Of a DNA stretch of 64,000 bases, positions 1 to 13,169 are shown one piece after another (within the stretch, counting starts at the first letter, position 1; each line of letters starts with the position of its first letter). The DNA comes from Eledone cirrhosa (taxonomy: Eukaryota). Where the stretch lies: positions 120,156,001-120,220,000 of the forward strand of contig OZ024743.1 of NCBI GenBank assembly GCA_964016885.1. Direction: 5' to 3'. The position numbers were made by a program, and so were the translations under genes. Below the pieces are notes generated by a model. It was not told where the DNA came from, did no database searches, and was given only the letters and a program-made list of their open reading frames with translations.

Positions 1-37
<37 letters not shown>

Positions 38-373
38 CCCTCTCTCTCTCTTTCTCTATCTACCTTTATGAAATGGTTGAAAGATGTATGTTTTTTTTTT
101 CTCTCTGTTTACCTTTATGTAACGGGTGATCACGTGAGAGGAAGAGGTAGTCAAGGGTGAATAACTCGGCGACAAATGTCGACAAGTATCAACGGGCTTC
201 CCCTCCTTCCTTATTGTCGTATCTTTGGGGGGGGGGGGGGGTTTGTTGTTGCTTTGTTTCTTTTTGCTTTTCCTTATTGATTTATTTTTAATTTGTTCTT
301 GTATTGTGTTATATTTTTCTTTGTTCAGGTTTGCCATAACTAACCAAGCCAGAAGTGTGTATATGTGGTAATG

Positions 374-429
<56 letters not shown>

Positions 430-635
430 GTAGGTCCCGGGTTGAGTCGGGGATAACCACAGTAAGTAAGGTACTCAATACATGGCAGAGTAAAATTTTT
501 TTATTTTATAGAAGGAGCTTCTACAGGACTAGTACTGTTTCATTCAGACTAGTACTGTTTCATTCAGCTTCCTGAAGATTTCATCTGAATGAAACAGTAC
601 TAGTCATGTAGAAGCTCCTTCTATAAAATAAAATA

Positions 636-640
<5 letters not shown>
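430..640. mobile_element. (TA)n-embedded fold-back repeat, family A (probable Penelope pLTR remnant)
   Basis: Inverted arms tagaaggagcttctacaggactagtactgtttcattc…; related copies at 17168-17330 and 35808-35958; hammerhead-like core at 572-605. Confidence 0.6.
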
Positions 641-669
<29 letters not shown>

Positions 670-704
670 ATGTGTATGTATGTGTGGAATGTATCTCTAT
701 ATGT

Positions 705-2700
705 TTGTGTATATGTAATAATAATAATATGTGGATGTGTGATGTGTGTATGTGTGTATATGTAATAATGATATTGTGTGGCTGTGTGGCTGTGTGACGT
801 GTATGTGTGTATATGTAATAATGATATTGTGTGGCTGTGTGACGTGTGTGTGTGTATATGTAATAATGATATTGTGTGGCTGTGTGACGTGTGTGTGTGT
901 GTATGTAATAATGATATTGTGTGGCTGTGTGACGTGTGTGTGTGTATATGTAATAATGATATTGTGTGGCTGTGTGACGTGTGTGTGTATATGTAATAAT
1001 GATATTGTGTGGCTGTGTGACGTGTGTGTGTATATGTAATAATAATATGTGGCTGTGTGACGTGTGTGTGTGTATATGTAATAATGATATTGTGTGGCTG
1101 TGTGACGTCTGTGTGTGTATGTAATAATGATATTGTGTGACTGTGTGACGTGTGTGTGTATATGTAATAATAATATTATGTGGCTGTGTGACGTGTGTGT
1201 GTATATGTAATAATGATATTGTGTGGCTGTGTGGCTGTGTGACGTGTGTGTGTGTATATGTAATAATAATATTGTGTGGCTGTGTGACGTGTGTGTGTGT
1301 ATATGTAATAATGATATTGTGTGACTGTGTGACGTGTGTGTGTGTATGTAATAATGATATTATGTGACTGCGTGACGTGTGTGTGTGTATATGTAATAAT
1401 GATATTATGTGGCTGTGTGACGTGTGTGTGTATGTAATAATAATATTGTGTGGCTGTGTGACGTGTATGTGTGTATGTAATAATAATATTATGTGGCTGT
1501 GTGACGTGTGTGTGTGTATATGTAATAATAATATTGTGTGGCTGTGTGACGTGTGTGTGTGTGTATGTAATAATGATATTGTGTGGCTGTGTGACGTGTG
1601 TGTGTATATGTAATAATGATATTGTGTGGCTGTGTGACGTGTGTGTGTATATGTAATAATGATATTGTGTGGCTGTGTGACGTGTGTGTGTGTGTATGTA
1701 ATAATGATATTGTGTGGCTGTGACGTGTGTGTGTATATGTAATAATGATATTGTGTGGCTGTGTGACGTGTGTGTGTATATGTAATAATGATATTGTGTG
1801 GCTGTGTGACGTGTGTGTGTATATGTAATAATAATATTGTGTGGCTGTGTGACGTGTGTGTGTGTGTATGTAATAATGATATTGTGTGACTGTGTGACGT
1901 GTGTGTGTGTGTGTATGTAATAATGATATTATGTGACTGCGTGACGTGTGTGTGTGTATATGTAATAATGATATTATGTGGCTGTGTGACGTGTGTGTGT
2001 GTATGTAATAATTATATTATGTGACTGTGTGACGTGTGTGTGTGTGTATATGTAATAATAATATTGTGTGGCTGTGTGACGTGTGTGTGTGTGTATGTAA
2101 TAATGATATTGTGTGGCTGTGTGACGTGTGTGTGTATATGTAATAATGATATTGTGTGGCTGTGTGACGTGTGTGTGTATATGTAATAATGATATTGTGT
2201 GGCTGTGTGACGTGTGTGTGTGTGTATGTAATAATTGTTTCTACTATTGGCACAAGGCCAGAAATTACCCAGTACATTACTGGTACTTTATTTTATCGAC
2301 CCCGTAAGGATGAAAGGCAAAGTTAACGTAATAATGATATTGTGTGGCTGTGTGACGTGTGTGTGTGTGTATGTAATAATGATATTGTGTGACGTGTGTG
2401 TGTATGTAATAATGATATTGTGTGGCTGTGTGACGTGTGTGTGTATATGTAATAATGATATTGTGTGATTGTGTGACGTGTGTGTGTATATGTAATAATG
2501 ATATTGTGTGGCTGTGTGACGTGTGTGTGTATATGTAATAATGATATTGTGTGGCTGCGTGACGTGTGTGTGTATGTAATAATGATATTGTGTAACTGTG
2601 TGACGTGTGTGTGTATGTAATAATGATATTGTGTAACTGTGTGACGTGTGTGTGTATATGTAATAATGATATTATATGGCTGTGTGACGTGTGTGTGTAT
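705..2700. repeat. Minisatellite, about 40-bp unit gtaataatgatattgtgtggctgtgtgacgtgtgtgtgtatat
   Basis: Directly visible tandem array, interrupted by a SINE fragment at about 2235-2325. Confidence 0.97.
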
Positions 2701-3031
2701 ATGTATGTTTACGTATGTGTGGCAGTTATGTGTGTGTGTGACACGTGTATGTCGGTATATGTTTGTATGTACCAATTATACGTATGTAGTATGTGGATTT
2801 GTGTATGCATGTATATGTGTGTCACAAGTGAACATATGTATGTATATATGTATCCATGTATGTATGTATATATGTATGCATGTATGTATAGATGTATGTA
2901 TGCATGTATGTATACATGTAAGTATATATGTATATATGTATGTATATATGTATGTATGCATGCATGCATATATGTACATATGTATACATGCAAGTAAATA
3001 TGTATGTATATATGTATGTATGTTTGTATGT

Positions 3032-3637
3032 CAGGTCACCAGTTGGTGCTACTGGTAACATGTATCCCAGTACAACCTGTCTCATGGTCGGGTCGTTGGC
3101 GACTAAACTGGCAATCCCACCAAGGTTTCTTGGTGAGGAGGGTGACTTTGGACATCCTGCAGGACTAAAAGCAAAACCTGTCAAAGTGCAAAGGAGCTCT
3201 CAAGAGTCAATGGCCATCCAAAATCACCGGGAGAGATGACTCCTTAGCCTCTGTCAAGGCAGAATTCTAGAAGGAAAACTCTGATATAACACCTGCAACC
3301 CTGATGGTATCCAATGATGTTGACTTGTTCTTCTGTTTGGTAAATATCATCTTGGTTAAGAGAGTGGGACTGGCTTTGTGCAGTGCCTTTGCTCACTATA
3401 AAAGCTTCACGGCACAGGCATTGCTTTATATTTGGAGATCTCTCTGCACTTGTCATCACATGGTACCATGGGCCCTGCACTGTGTGTGTCAATAATTGTC
3501 ACAAGTGTAGTGTTTGTACCAGAATTTTCAAGTCGCTGGCTGGACTAAAAAGTCACACTCGTTCAGTGCATCGGTAGGGGTTCTCCTACATGGATATAAA
3601 ATAGTAGCCGTACTCGAAAACGAGTTGGCAGCCACCA
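3032..3637 (+). mobile_element. Non-autonomous RTE-like retroposon with (ATGT)n tail, copy 1
   Basis: Near-identical to 8395-8985; 3' part encodes a CxxC…KSLAGLKSHxR zinc-finger remnant; ends gcagccacc+atgt. Confidence 0.75.
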
Positions 3638-3659
3638 TGTGTGTATGTATGTATACATG

Positions 3660-4062
3660 TTTTCTCTTTCTCTTAATTTCGAGTATATTTTTTTGACCGG
3701 CCACCTTCCTGGTGGCAAGGTTGTAAAAGAAAAGAAATTGTCATCCCTTGAATCGCAAGAATGTTTTGCATATTTTGAAGGTGCCAGCTATCGCAGCCAT
3801 TTGTAGACTATGAATTAGGGAGCTGCGCTTTTTGTCCGCAAATCCAAGTTCGGTCATACTTTGGTCCAAGCGGGTTGGTATATAACCCGTAGCACCAATA
3901 ATGATGGGTATGAAGCTAAAGGTGTATCTTGGATACTGGATTTGTAAGCTCCTCATCAATGGTCCGTAGATGTCCTCCTCCTTCTGTATTTTTCTGACAA
4001 CGTTTACATCAAGTGGGCAGCTGATCTCCACAACAGAACACGTTTTCAATGTGTGGTCCCAA
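3660..4062 (-). mobile_element. 5'-truncated 3' end of a Dong/R4-type LINE
   Basis: Near-identical to 4587-4988; encodes the RLE segment WDHTLKTCSVVEISCP…. Confidence 0.9.
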
Positions 4063-4586
4063 ATATATGCATGTATGTATGTATGTATGTATGTATGTAT
4101 GTATGTATGTATGTATGAGTGTATGTACGTATGCATGTAAGTATATATGTGTGTATATATGTATGTATGCATGTATGTATACAGTATATATGTATATATG
4201 TATGTATGTATATATGTATGCATGCATGTGTGTATACATGCATGTATGTATATATGTATGTATGCATATATTTATATATGTATGTATGTATATATATGTA
4301 TGATTGTATGTAAGTATGTATGCATGTATGTATACATGTAAGTATATATGTATGAATGTATAAAGGTAAGTATATATGTGTGTATACATGTATGTATATA
4401 TGTATGTATGCATTTATATATGTATGTATGATTGTATGTAAGTATGTATGTATGTATGTATGTATGTATGCAAGTATGTATGTATGTATGTTTGTATGCA
4501 AGTATGTATGTATGTATGCAAGTAAATATGTATGTATGTATATATGTATGTATGTTTGTATGTATGTATACATGTATGTATATATG

Positions 4587-7500
4587 TTATCTCTTTCTCT
4601 TAATTTCGAGTATATTTTTTTGACCGGCCACCTTCCTGGTGGCAAGGTTGTAAAAGAAAAGAAATTGTCATCCCTTGAATCGCAAGAATGTTTTATAATT
4701 TTGAAGGTGCCAGCTATCGCAGCCATTTGTAGACTATGAATTAGGGAGCTGCGCTTTTTGTCCGCAAATCCAAGTTCAGTCATACTTTGGTCCAAGCGGG
4801 TTGGTCTATAAACCGTAGCTCCAATAATGATGGGTATGAAGCTAAAGGTGTATCTTGGATCTGGATTTGTAAACTCCTCATCAATGGTCTGTAGATGTCC
4901 TCCTTCTCCTGTATTTTTCTGACAACGTTTACATCATGTGGGCAGCTGATCTCCACAACAGAACACGTTTTCAATGTGTGGTCCCAAACAACAATATCAG
5001 GCCGGTTGTGCTTTAATTTGGTGGCAGTTTTTATTTTCAGGTTCCACCAGTATTCCTTAGTGCCATCTGTCTCAATTTATTCTTCCTCGTTTGTTGTTAA
5101 TTTTGTTTTCCGAAGTGCGTTCCAGATGGTTCTATCTATCCCATCGTGTCTCATGGGGAGGTAGTAGCGAGATGATATTCTTTCGCAGCTGGCAACAATG
5201 TGGCTTACATCCTCGATCTTTGTTTTACATAGCCTACATTTATTGTCAGCTGCTGGTCCTCCTCTTTTGTGCAGCAGATATTTGGTAGGGAGTTCTTGTT
5301 CCTGTATTGCATAGAGATATACCTCAAGGTGTGATGTCATAAACTTGTCGGAACTCCATGCCAGGCTTTTTGAGTGGTTTATCCCCTCTATGGTCTGTGT
5401 TTTACGTCTCAAGTATCCATGCACAACTTTTTCTGTAAATTGGTCAATTTTTTCATCTTGTTTGAACATTGAATAGAATCTTCCGATTTCTCTGGGTGAG
5501 AGATTTATATCAGGCTTTATTCCATATCTCTCCTCCAGATCAGTCGCTATTCTAGATTTTTTTTTCATTCTCATAAACCTGAGCAAGATGGTTGCCAACC
5601 TTTTTCCTCTGTTGAAGGTGTTGCTTCAGTGTTACTATCCGGGTCTCATATGTTGTTAATATTGATTTTAGACCCCCGGCCACCTTCCTTGCGTGAGAAG
5701 TATAGCCTATCCACATCACCATTGATGTTAAAGTTCCCAGTAACACTGAGGAGTTTGCGAGTTCTAACATCCATCTCACTTAGTTCTTGCAATGACCAGT
5801 TCAGCAGGCCAAATGTTGGCGTTAGAATTGGCACAGCATAAGTATTGTGGGCAATGTATTTGTTGTACGCTGACAGTTCTGATGACCATATTTTCTTTAC
5901 TCTTTTGAGGTATTCAGTTCTGGTTCTCTCCTTATTTATGGGTCCATCATATCTGACATTCTCATCCTGTCCAAGATATCTGTAGTTGTCACCTGACTGT
6001 AGAGGTTGTATTGTCAGGCCGTTCATCTCTAGATTTCTAGAGGAGGGCACAGCTCTTCCACGTTTTACTGCCAAATATGCACACTTGGACTCACCAAATT
6101 TCATTTTGATGTCTGTTGAAAATTGTGTAATGAGGTCCAATTGTTTCTTGATGTCATTGATATTTGGCCCATACAACTTCAGGTCATCAACAAAGAAAGG
6201 ATGGGAGATACTTCTGGACCCACTTCTTTGTCCACCTTGTTTCCTGAGTAGGTAAGATAGTGGATTTAGTGAGAGAACGAAGAGTAGCACTGACAAGCTA
6301 TCACCCTGAAAGATATCCTTCTGGTAATGTATCTTATCAGTCTTAACTTGCTCCTTCTCACCTCTAAGGATCAAATTGGTGTACCAGTTCTTGGTTAGGC
6401 GTTCAACAGCAGCTACCAATGGTTGTGGGACTTTGGCTAACTGTAAAGCCTCAATAATCCACCCATGAGGTACACTATCAAATGCTTTTTGATAGTCCAG
6501 CCACACCACAGTCATGTTTCTGCGATTCTTTGTTGTTTTTTCCTGAATCATTTTATTAGTTGGTAGGTGATCTATGCAACCCCACACCTCCCTCTTTCCA
6601 CCAGCTTGCTCAGGTGTTATGGTGTTGTTGGTAGCACAGTGATCCTGTAAGAACAGGTTAAGGCACCCAGTATATAATTTATACATGATGTTTTGGCAGG
6701 CTATTGGGCGGTAATTTTTAGCAAGGGTGGTTTGGCTATTTTGGGGAATGAGGAGAGTAGTGGCAGTTGATAACTATCTGGGCAGTTCTTGTGTGCCTTT
6801 AATGGTTTCTGTAAACAGCCGTATGAGATCTTGCCGATAGAAAGTGAAATTCTTCAATCAGTATCCTGTAATGAGGTCTGGGCCTGGCGATTTCCTGAAG
6901 TTGCTCTCTATGTTGCATTTCATAACGACTGCGATGTGTGAGATACTTCGTCTCAGGGACAAAATTTTGCTTTTTAAATTTCGCATCCACGCTGGTTCAG
7001 GCTTTCTGTTTGTATCTTGATTGCGTGGTTTTAGATGTGTGTTATATGATAGCAATGTGACAGCTGAAACATATAACAAAATATTAAGCGTTTCAAATGT
7101 CGTTTCTACACCTTTAGATCGTATAACCTTCAGATAATTGCCAGCTATTTCGTTCACCGCTTCCAATTCCAATTTAGTGGGTTCTTTACTGATTCTGGTG
7201 TTGTATGGTCTGTCACTCACATTAAGGCTGTGTATCTCTTGAAACATATCGTCCCATATCACTTGTAAGGTGTCCACAAGTTTTTGGTGTTCTGTTTGTT
7301 CAGTAGAGTCATGAATTTCAGCCTCGTTGTTGATGTGGTGACAATTACTACTGTTCTTCAGTGGAAGTGGAATGGATTTCAGCAAAATTGTTGGTGAGCT
7401 GTTCACTGTTAGATTTAGCTGGCCATTCTCTTTGTCTGTCAGTGGGGGTGGGGTGGTTGTCTACAAGGGCTGTATTTGTAGTATCATTCAATTCCGTTAG

Positions 7501-7740
7501 ATGTATCAATTTACGTTTTGATACGTTTTGCCTGTTCATTTAAATGCTTTGGTGAAAAGTCTAATTCTGGGTGTTTGGAGTTCCATAAAGTTTTTAGCCT
7601 TTGCATAAAACCGAACTTTTGGAGTTCAGATTGTTTGTATGCTTCATATAATTCTTTGTTAAGCTCGTAGCTCCACTGTATACAACGGTTGTAGTTGCGA
7701 TTTGGTCGAAGGAAACTTGTACTTTTTGTCATGATGAGTT
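4587..7740 (-). mobile_element. Dong/R4-clade non-LTR retrotransposon (RT, CCHC knuckle, restriction-like endonuclease), frameshifted
   Basis: ORF 5646..6686 has RT motifs WLDYQKAFDSVPH, FQGDSLS, FVDDLKLY, YRYLG and RKEGGRG; ORF 5077..5598 has CRLC…HIVASC; RPDIVVWD…VVEISCP is the PD-(D/E)xK nuclease. Confidence 0.92.
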
Positions 7741-7859
7741 CGTCTATTCACTAATATTTCGTATTTATTTTTCAAAATAGTCGACGATCTTCTTTAAAAG
7801 TTTCGACAAAGTTCTGTCAGAATCAAATTTAAAGTTATTCACAGCCTGGGTAATATTTC

Positions 7860-8245
7860 TTTTCAGTTAGTTTTTAATTCTACAACTGTGTTTTAAACGT
7901 TGTTCTTGAATCGTTTGAATCGAGAACAAAAAGAACCGTTACTTAGTATATTTCTTTATGAATGTAATATAATATAACAACGCTGTATTTATATGTTAAA
8001 GTTTATGTATCATTCATATAAATAGGTGTTCTACAACTTATTCACAACATATTCACAGTTCAAACACTTATGTTTTTGTTTCTGAATCGAAAACGTTACT
8101 TGTATATTTCTTTATAAATGTAATATAACAACGTTGCATTTATATGTTAAAGTGTATGTATCGTTCATATATCATAAGTGTATGTATCGTTCATATAAAT
8201 AGGTGTTTTACAACACACTTACAGTTCAAACACTTATGTAGAATT
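7860..8245. repeat. Imperfect tandem duplication (about 170-bp unit), possibly the Dong 5' UTR
   Basis: gttactt…atataacaacg…tatatgttaaagt…tcatataaataggtgtt…acagttcaaacacttatg occurs twice. Confidence 0.6.
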
Positions 8246-8392
8246 ATTGTATGTAATCTTACCGCGTAATGTAGCTCAACTTTTTCCAATATATGATATG
8301 TTGCCTTCATGTAAGCCGTAATTACACACGTCCGATTATCGGACACTGACCACAACGGTCGCCATTGTATGTATGTATGTATGTATGTATGT

Positions 8393-8985
8393 ATGCTACT
8401 GGTAACATGTATCCCAGTACAACCTGTCTCATGGTCGGGTCGTTGGCGACTAAACTGGCAACCCCACCAAGGTTTCTTGGTGAGGAGGGTGACTTTGGAC
8501 ATCCTGCAGGACTAAAAACAAAACCTGTCAAAGGGCAAAGGAGCACTTAAGAGTCAATGGCCATCCAAAATCACTGGGAGAGATGACCCCTTAGCCTTTG
8601 TCAAGGCAGAATTCTAGGAGAAAGAAAACTCTGATATAACACCTGCAACCCTGATGGTATCCAATGATGTTGACTTGTTCTTCTTTTTGGTAAATATCAT
8701 CTTGGTTAAGAGAGTGGGACTGGCTTTGTGCAGTGCCTTTGCTCACTATAAAAGCTTCACGGCACAGGCATTGCTTTATATCTGGAGATCTCTCTGCACT
8801 TGTCGTCACATGGTACCAAAGGCAAAGCACTATGTGTCAATAATTGTCACAAGTGTAGTGTTTGTACCAGAGTTTTCAAGTCGCAGGCTGGACTAAAAAG
8901 TCACACTCGTTCAGCGCATCGGTAAGGGTTCTCCTACATGGATATAAAGTAGTGGCCGTACTCGAAAACGAGTTGGCAGCCACCA
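8393..8985 (+). mobile_element. Non-autonomous RTE-like retroposon with (ATGT)n tail, copy 2
   Basis: Paralogue of 3032-3637; flanked by (TATG)n; related pieces at 9011-9250, 9512-9552 and 10036-10421. Confidence 0.75.
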
Positions 8986-9450
8986 TGTATGTATGTATGT
9001 ATGTATGTATGACCAGTGGTTGACCAGTGGTTGACTACCAGGCTGCTGTTGGAGGTGCTACTCATCATGCTTGCCAAACATGTGGTAGAGAATGTAAATC
9101 AGCAGGAGGGCTCAAGCGACATGCAAAAGTACACGAACTCCAACCACAGCCGACTATTCCCAGTGAATGTTTTGGTTGCCGACTCTGTGCAAGTCATTTG
9201 AGATCATTGGCTGGTCTAAAAAGCCACATTCGATCGCAGCGCTGTTAGTTGCTATCGTGTGTGTGTATAGATATGTTTATGAGTGTGCGTGTATGTGTAT
9301 ATATATATGTACATGTATATTATTATTGTTGTTGTCGTTATTATTATTGTTGTTGTTATTGTTATTGTTATTAATGTATATGTGTGTGTGTATATGTATG
9401 TGTGTGTATATATGTATGTGTATATGTATGTGTGTGTATATATCTATGTG

Positions 9451-9504
<54 letters not shown>

Positions 9505-10679
9505 TTTCTCCTCGTGCAATGGGCATACTCGATAACGAGGGGGCAGCCATCATGTATGTATGTATGTATGTATGTATGTATGTATGTATGTATGTATGTA
9601 TGTATGTATGAGTGTATGTATGTATGCATGTAAGTATATATGTGTATATATGTATGTATGCATGTGTGTATACATGCATGTATGTATATATGTATGTATG
9701 CATATATTTATATATGTATGTATGTATATATATGTATGATTGTATGTAAGTATGTATGCATGTATGTATACATGTAAGTATGTATGTATAAAGGTAAGTA
9801 TATATGTGTGTATACATGTATGTATATATGTATGTATGTATTTATATATATATGTATTTATATATGTATGATTGTATGTAAGTATGTATGTATGTATGCA
9901 AGTATGTATGTATATATGCATGTTTGTATGCAAGTATGTATGAATGCAAGTAAATATGTATGTATGTATATATGTATGTATGTTTGTATGTATGTATACA
10001 TTTACGTCTGTATGTATGTATGCATGTATGTATGTCCCTGCAAGACAAAAAAAACAAAACCTGACAAAGGGCGGAACAACTCATAAGAGTCAACGGCCAT
10101 CCGAAAGTGTGTAAATATCTATATATACACATGTACCGCGCGGTTAAACCACTGGGAGTGAAGGACCCCTAGTCTTTGTCAGGGCATTCTTCTAGGAGAG
10201 GGCAACTCAGGAAACTAGGATAACTCCGATATAAAACCTGCGGTTCAGTAGTTACCGATGATGTTGATCTTTTCTTCTTTTCGGTTATAGCTACTGTCGC
10301 TCAGAGAGTGGGATTGGCTCAGTGCACAGTCTTTCCTCACTTTAAAAAATATCTTCACGCACAGCCATTGATAATGGTATAACGTGCAATGGCCATACTC
10401 GATAACGAGGGGGCAGCCATCATGTATGTATGTATATATGTTCTTCTGGTTTTATAATTTCACAAAGTTTTACCAATAGAGAGAGAGACGGTTTCTAACA
10501 TAGACACAAGACTCTCTCATTGGAATTTACACAACATCAACTAGGTAGATATGTATGTATGCATGCATGTGTAGATATGGATGTTTTTGTATGTGTGGAT
10601 GTGTATGTTTTGAGTTGTATATGCGCATGTGTATATGCTTTGCATCTGACATGTGTATATGCAATTATTAGATGCAAAA

Positions 10680-11480
10680 TTTTTGGAATGTTTTACATAT
10701 TTTTACTGTTCCTTTAATGGATTGTACTTGTAATTTCCTAACTAGTTGTGTTCTTTCTGTTCCTGTGAAGCCCAGCTTCTCAAGATTTGTATTGAGGCAG
10801 TTACATACCCCAGTGCCCCAATAATCACAGGCATAAAACTGAAAATGTAATCAGGGTGGAGTATCTGCAGATTTCTCATCAGTTCTGCATAAATATTCTC
10901 CTTTTCACTAATCTTTCATATTATATTGGCATCTGCTGGGCAGCTAATTTCCACTACTGTGCATGCTTTATTCTCCCTGTCCCATATCATAATATCTGGT
11001 CTGTTATGCCTGCATTTTATTGGGGTTTTTACTGGAACATTCCACCAGTACTCTTTCATATTATGTACATGGATGTCTTCCACATTGCTGTACCTTTTAA
11101 TGTGTTTATTATCGGGGCTATCTTTTTTACAAACTGCATTGTACAGTGTTTTGGCCACTATATCATGCCTCATAAGTAGATAGTACTGCGATGACATATT
11201 TGGACAGCTGCTGATGACATGGGTGATATCCTCGATGTTAGTTCTGCAGAGTCTGCACTTGTTATCACATCTAGGTGTTTTGCCTACATCCCTATCTCTT
11301 TTGTGAATCAGGTATTTCGTGTTAATCTCCTGTTCTTGGATTGCAACAGCGTATCCTTCAAAGTGGGAGCCAATATAGCGGTTGTTGGTCCAGGATAGAC
11401 TACTTTCTTTATCTATATTACTCTCACTCTGGAGCTTCCTGGCAACATATCTATGCATGATTTTTTTGCTGATAAGCATG
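10680..11480 (-). mobile_element. Diverged Dong/R4-type LINE 3' fragment
   Basis: ORF 10916..11479: AIQEQEI, CRLC…HVISSC, RHD, RPDIMIWD…VVEISCP; bordered by (TATG)n. Confidence 0.9.
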
Positions 11481-11944
11481 CAGTTGTATGTATATATGTA
11501 TGTTTGTTTGTTTGTTTGTATGTATGTATGTATGTATGTATGTATGTATGTATGTATGTATGTATGTATGTATGTATGTATGTATGTATGTATGTATCTA
11601 TGTATGAACGTGGAAGGTTAAAGAAAAAATGTGAGAAATCTACAAGAAGGCGGGTAGAGAAATAGATGCTGTAGTAAATCCGTATGGAAGAGGTATGGGG
11701 TATCGTGATGATGGTGAGGAGGTGGAGGGGGAGGAGGCGGAGAATGATGACATTGATGATGATGATGATGAGGGAACAGACGAGGGTAAGATGAAGAGTT
11801 ATAATGAGGCGATTTATATTGATGATGATTATGATGGTGGGGGAATGATCATAAGGAGAAAGAGAAGGAGGGGGTGGTGGTGAGGATAGCGACGGTGATA
11901 ATGTCCAGGATGATCGTCACCATGATTATCATTATCAATGTTAT

Positions 11945-12292
11945 AATGACACAAGGCCAGCAATTACCCAGTACATTACTGGTTCTTTATTTTATTGACC
12001 CCCGTGGGATTTGAACTGAGAAAGTAAAGGGCCATAACTCAATGCTGTAAAGCATGGTGTCTGATGCTCTACCGATACTGCCAATCCACTGCCACAATCC
12101 ATGCCACAAATAATAATTGTTTCTATTTTAAACATAAGACACAAGGCCAGCAATTACCTCCAGTGCATTACTGGTACTTTATTTTATCGACCGACCCCGT
12201 AAGGATGAAAGGCAAAGTTAACCTCGGCAGGATTTGAACTCAGAACGTAAAGGGCCATAACTCTATAATGTAAAGCAGATAGTCTGACGCTA
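11945..12292 (-). mobile_element. Two adjacent tRNA-derived SINE copies (family 1)
   Basis: Reverse complement of the family-1 consensus (see 30048-30230). Confidence 0.85.
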
Positions 12293-13067
12293 ATTATAAC
12301 AACGATGTCGACTACGACAACAGCCAAAAACATGTACCACCAACAGCACCTCCACCCCACAGTACCCTATGAAGCCTCACCCCCCCCCCCCCCATCTAAT
12401 ATCAAATGTGAAAGAAGATTAGTCGCTATCTCAGGAACGACCGACAGACTGCTCCTGCCAAAACCCACCTACTACCCATCAAACTCGATACCAACAACTA
12501 TTAACATACATACGTACTCACACATGTGCATACGTACATACACATACGTACATACACACATACACATACATACATGTACATACTAACACACGACACCTGG
12601 CGGTCGACAGACCTCGGGGACACGCAACAGTACACCTTATGTACGATATCAACAAACCGTGCAGCGTAAACTGTCAGTAAATCGTTTTAGCTTGTCAGTA
12701 AGTCTTACTGACCGTGTCGTCTGTCGTCCACACACACGCACACACACACACACGCACACACACACACTCACACGCACACACACACGCACACGCACGCACA
12801 CACTACACACGCACACACACACATACACGCGTGCACACTCACACACACATATTTACATATATATATATGTGTGTGTGCGTGTGTGTGTATAAATACGATA
12901 AATGTCTATATATACATATTATGTTTGTCTTAAAATGCCCCTTTGTGTTCTGAGTTCAAATCCCGCCGAGGTTAGCTTTGCCTTTCATATAAAGTACCAG
13001 TAATGTACTGGGATAATTGCTGGCCTTGTGCCAAATGTAGAAACAATTATGTATGTCTTAAGCGTAT

Positions 13068-13159
<92 letters not shown>

Positions 13160-13169
13160 TAGTAGCATA

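Noticed and set aside
56-337. 93-aa Lys/Pro-rich ORF
   Set aside because: It derives from poly-T and poly-G low-complexity DNA and has no recognisable motif
705-2700. Regularly spaced repeats resembling a CRISPR array
   Set aside because: Head-to-tail units with only (GT)n length variation, no unique spacers, no cas genes and a eukaryotic context
746-4800. Many Cys/Val/Tyr/His-rich ORFs (also at 9.2-10.1, 12.6-14.8, 21.6-22.4 and 28.3-28.8 kb)
   Set aside because: They are translations of (TG)n, (TA)n, (TATG)n and minisatellites, with no domain content
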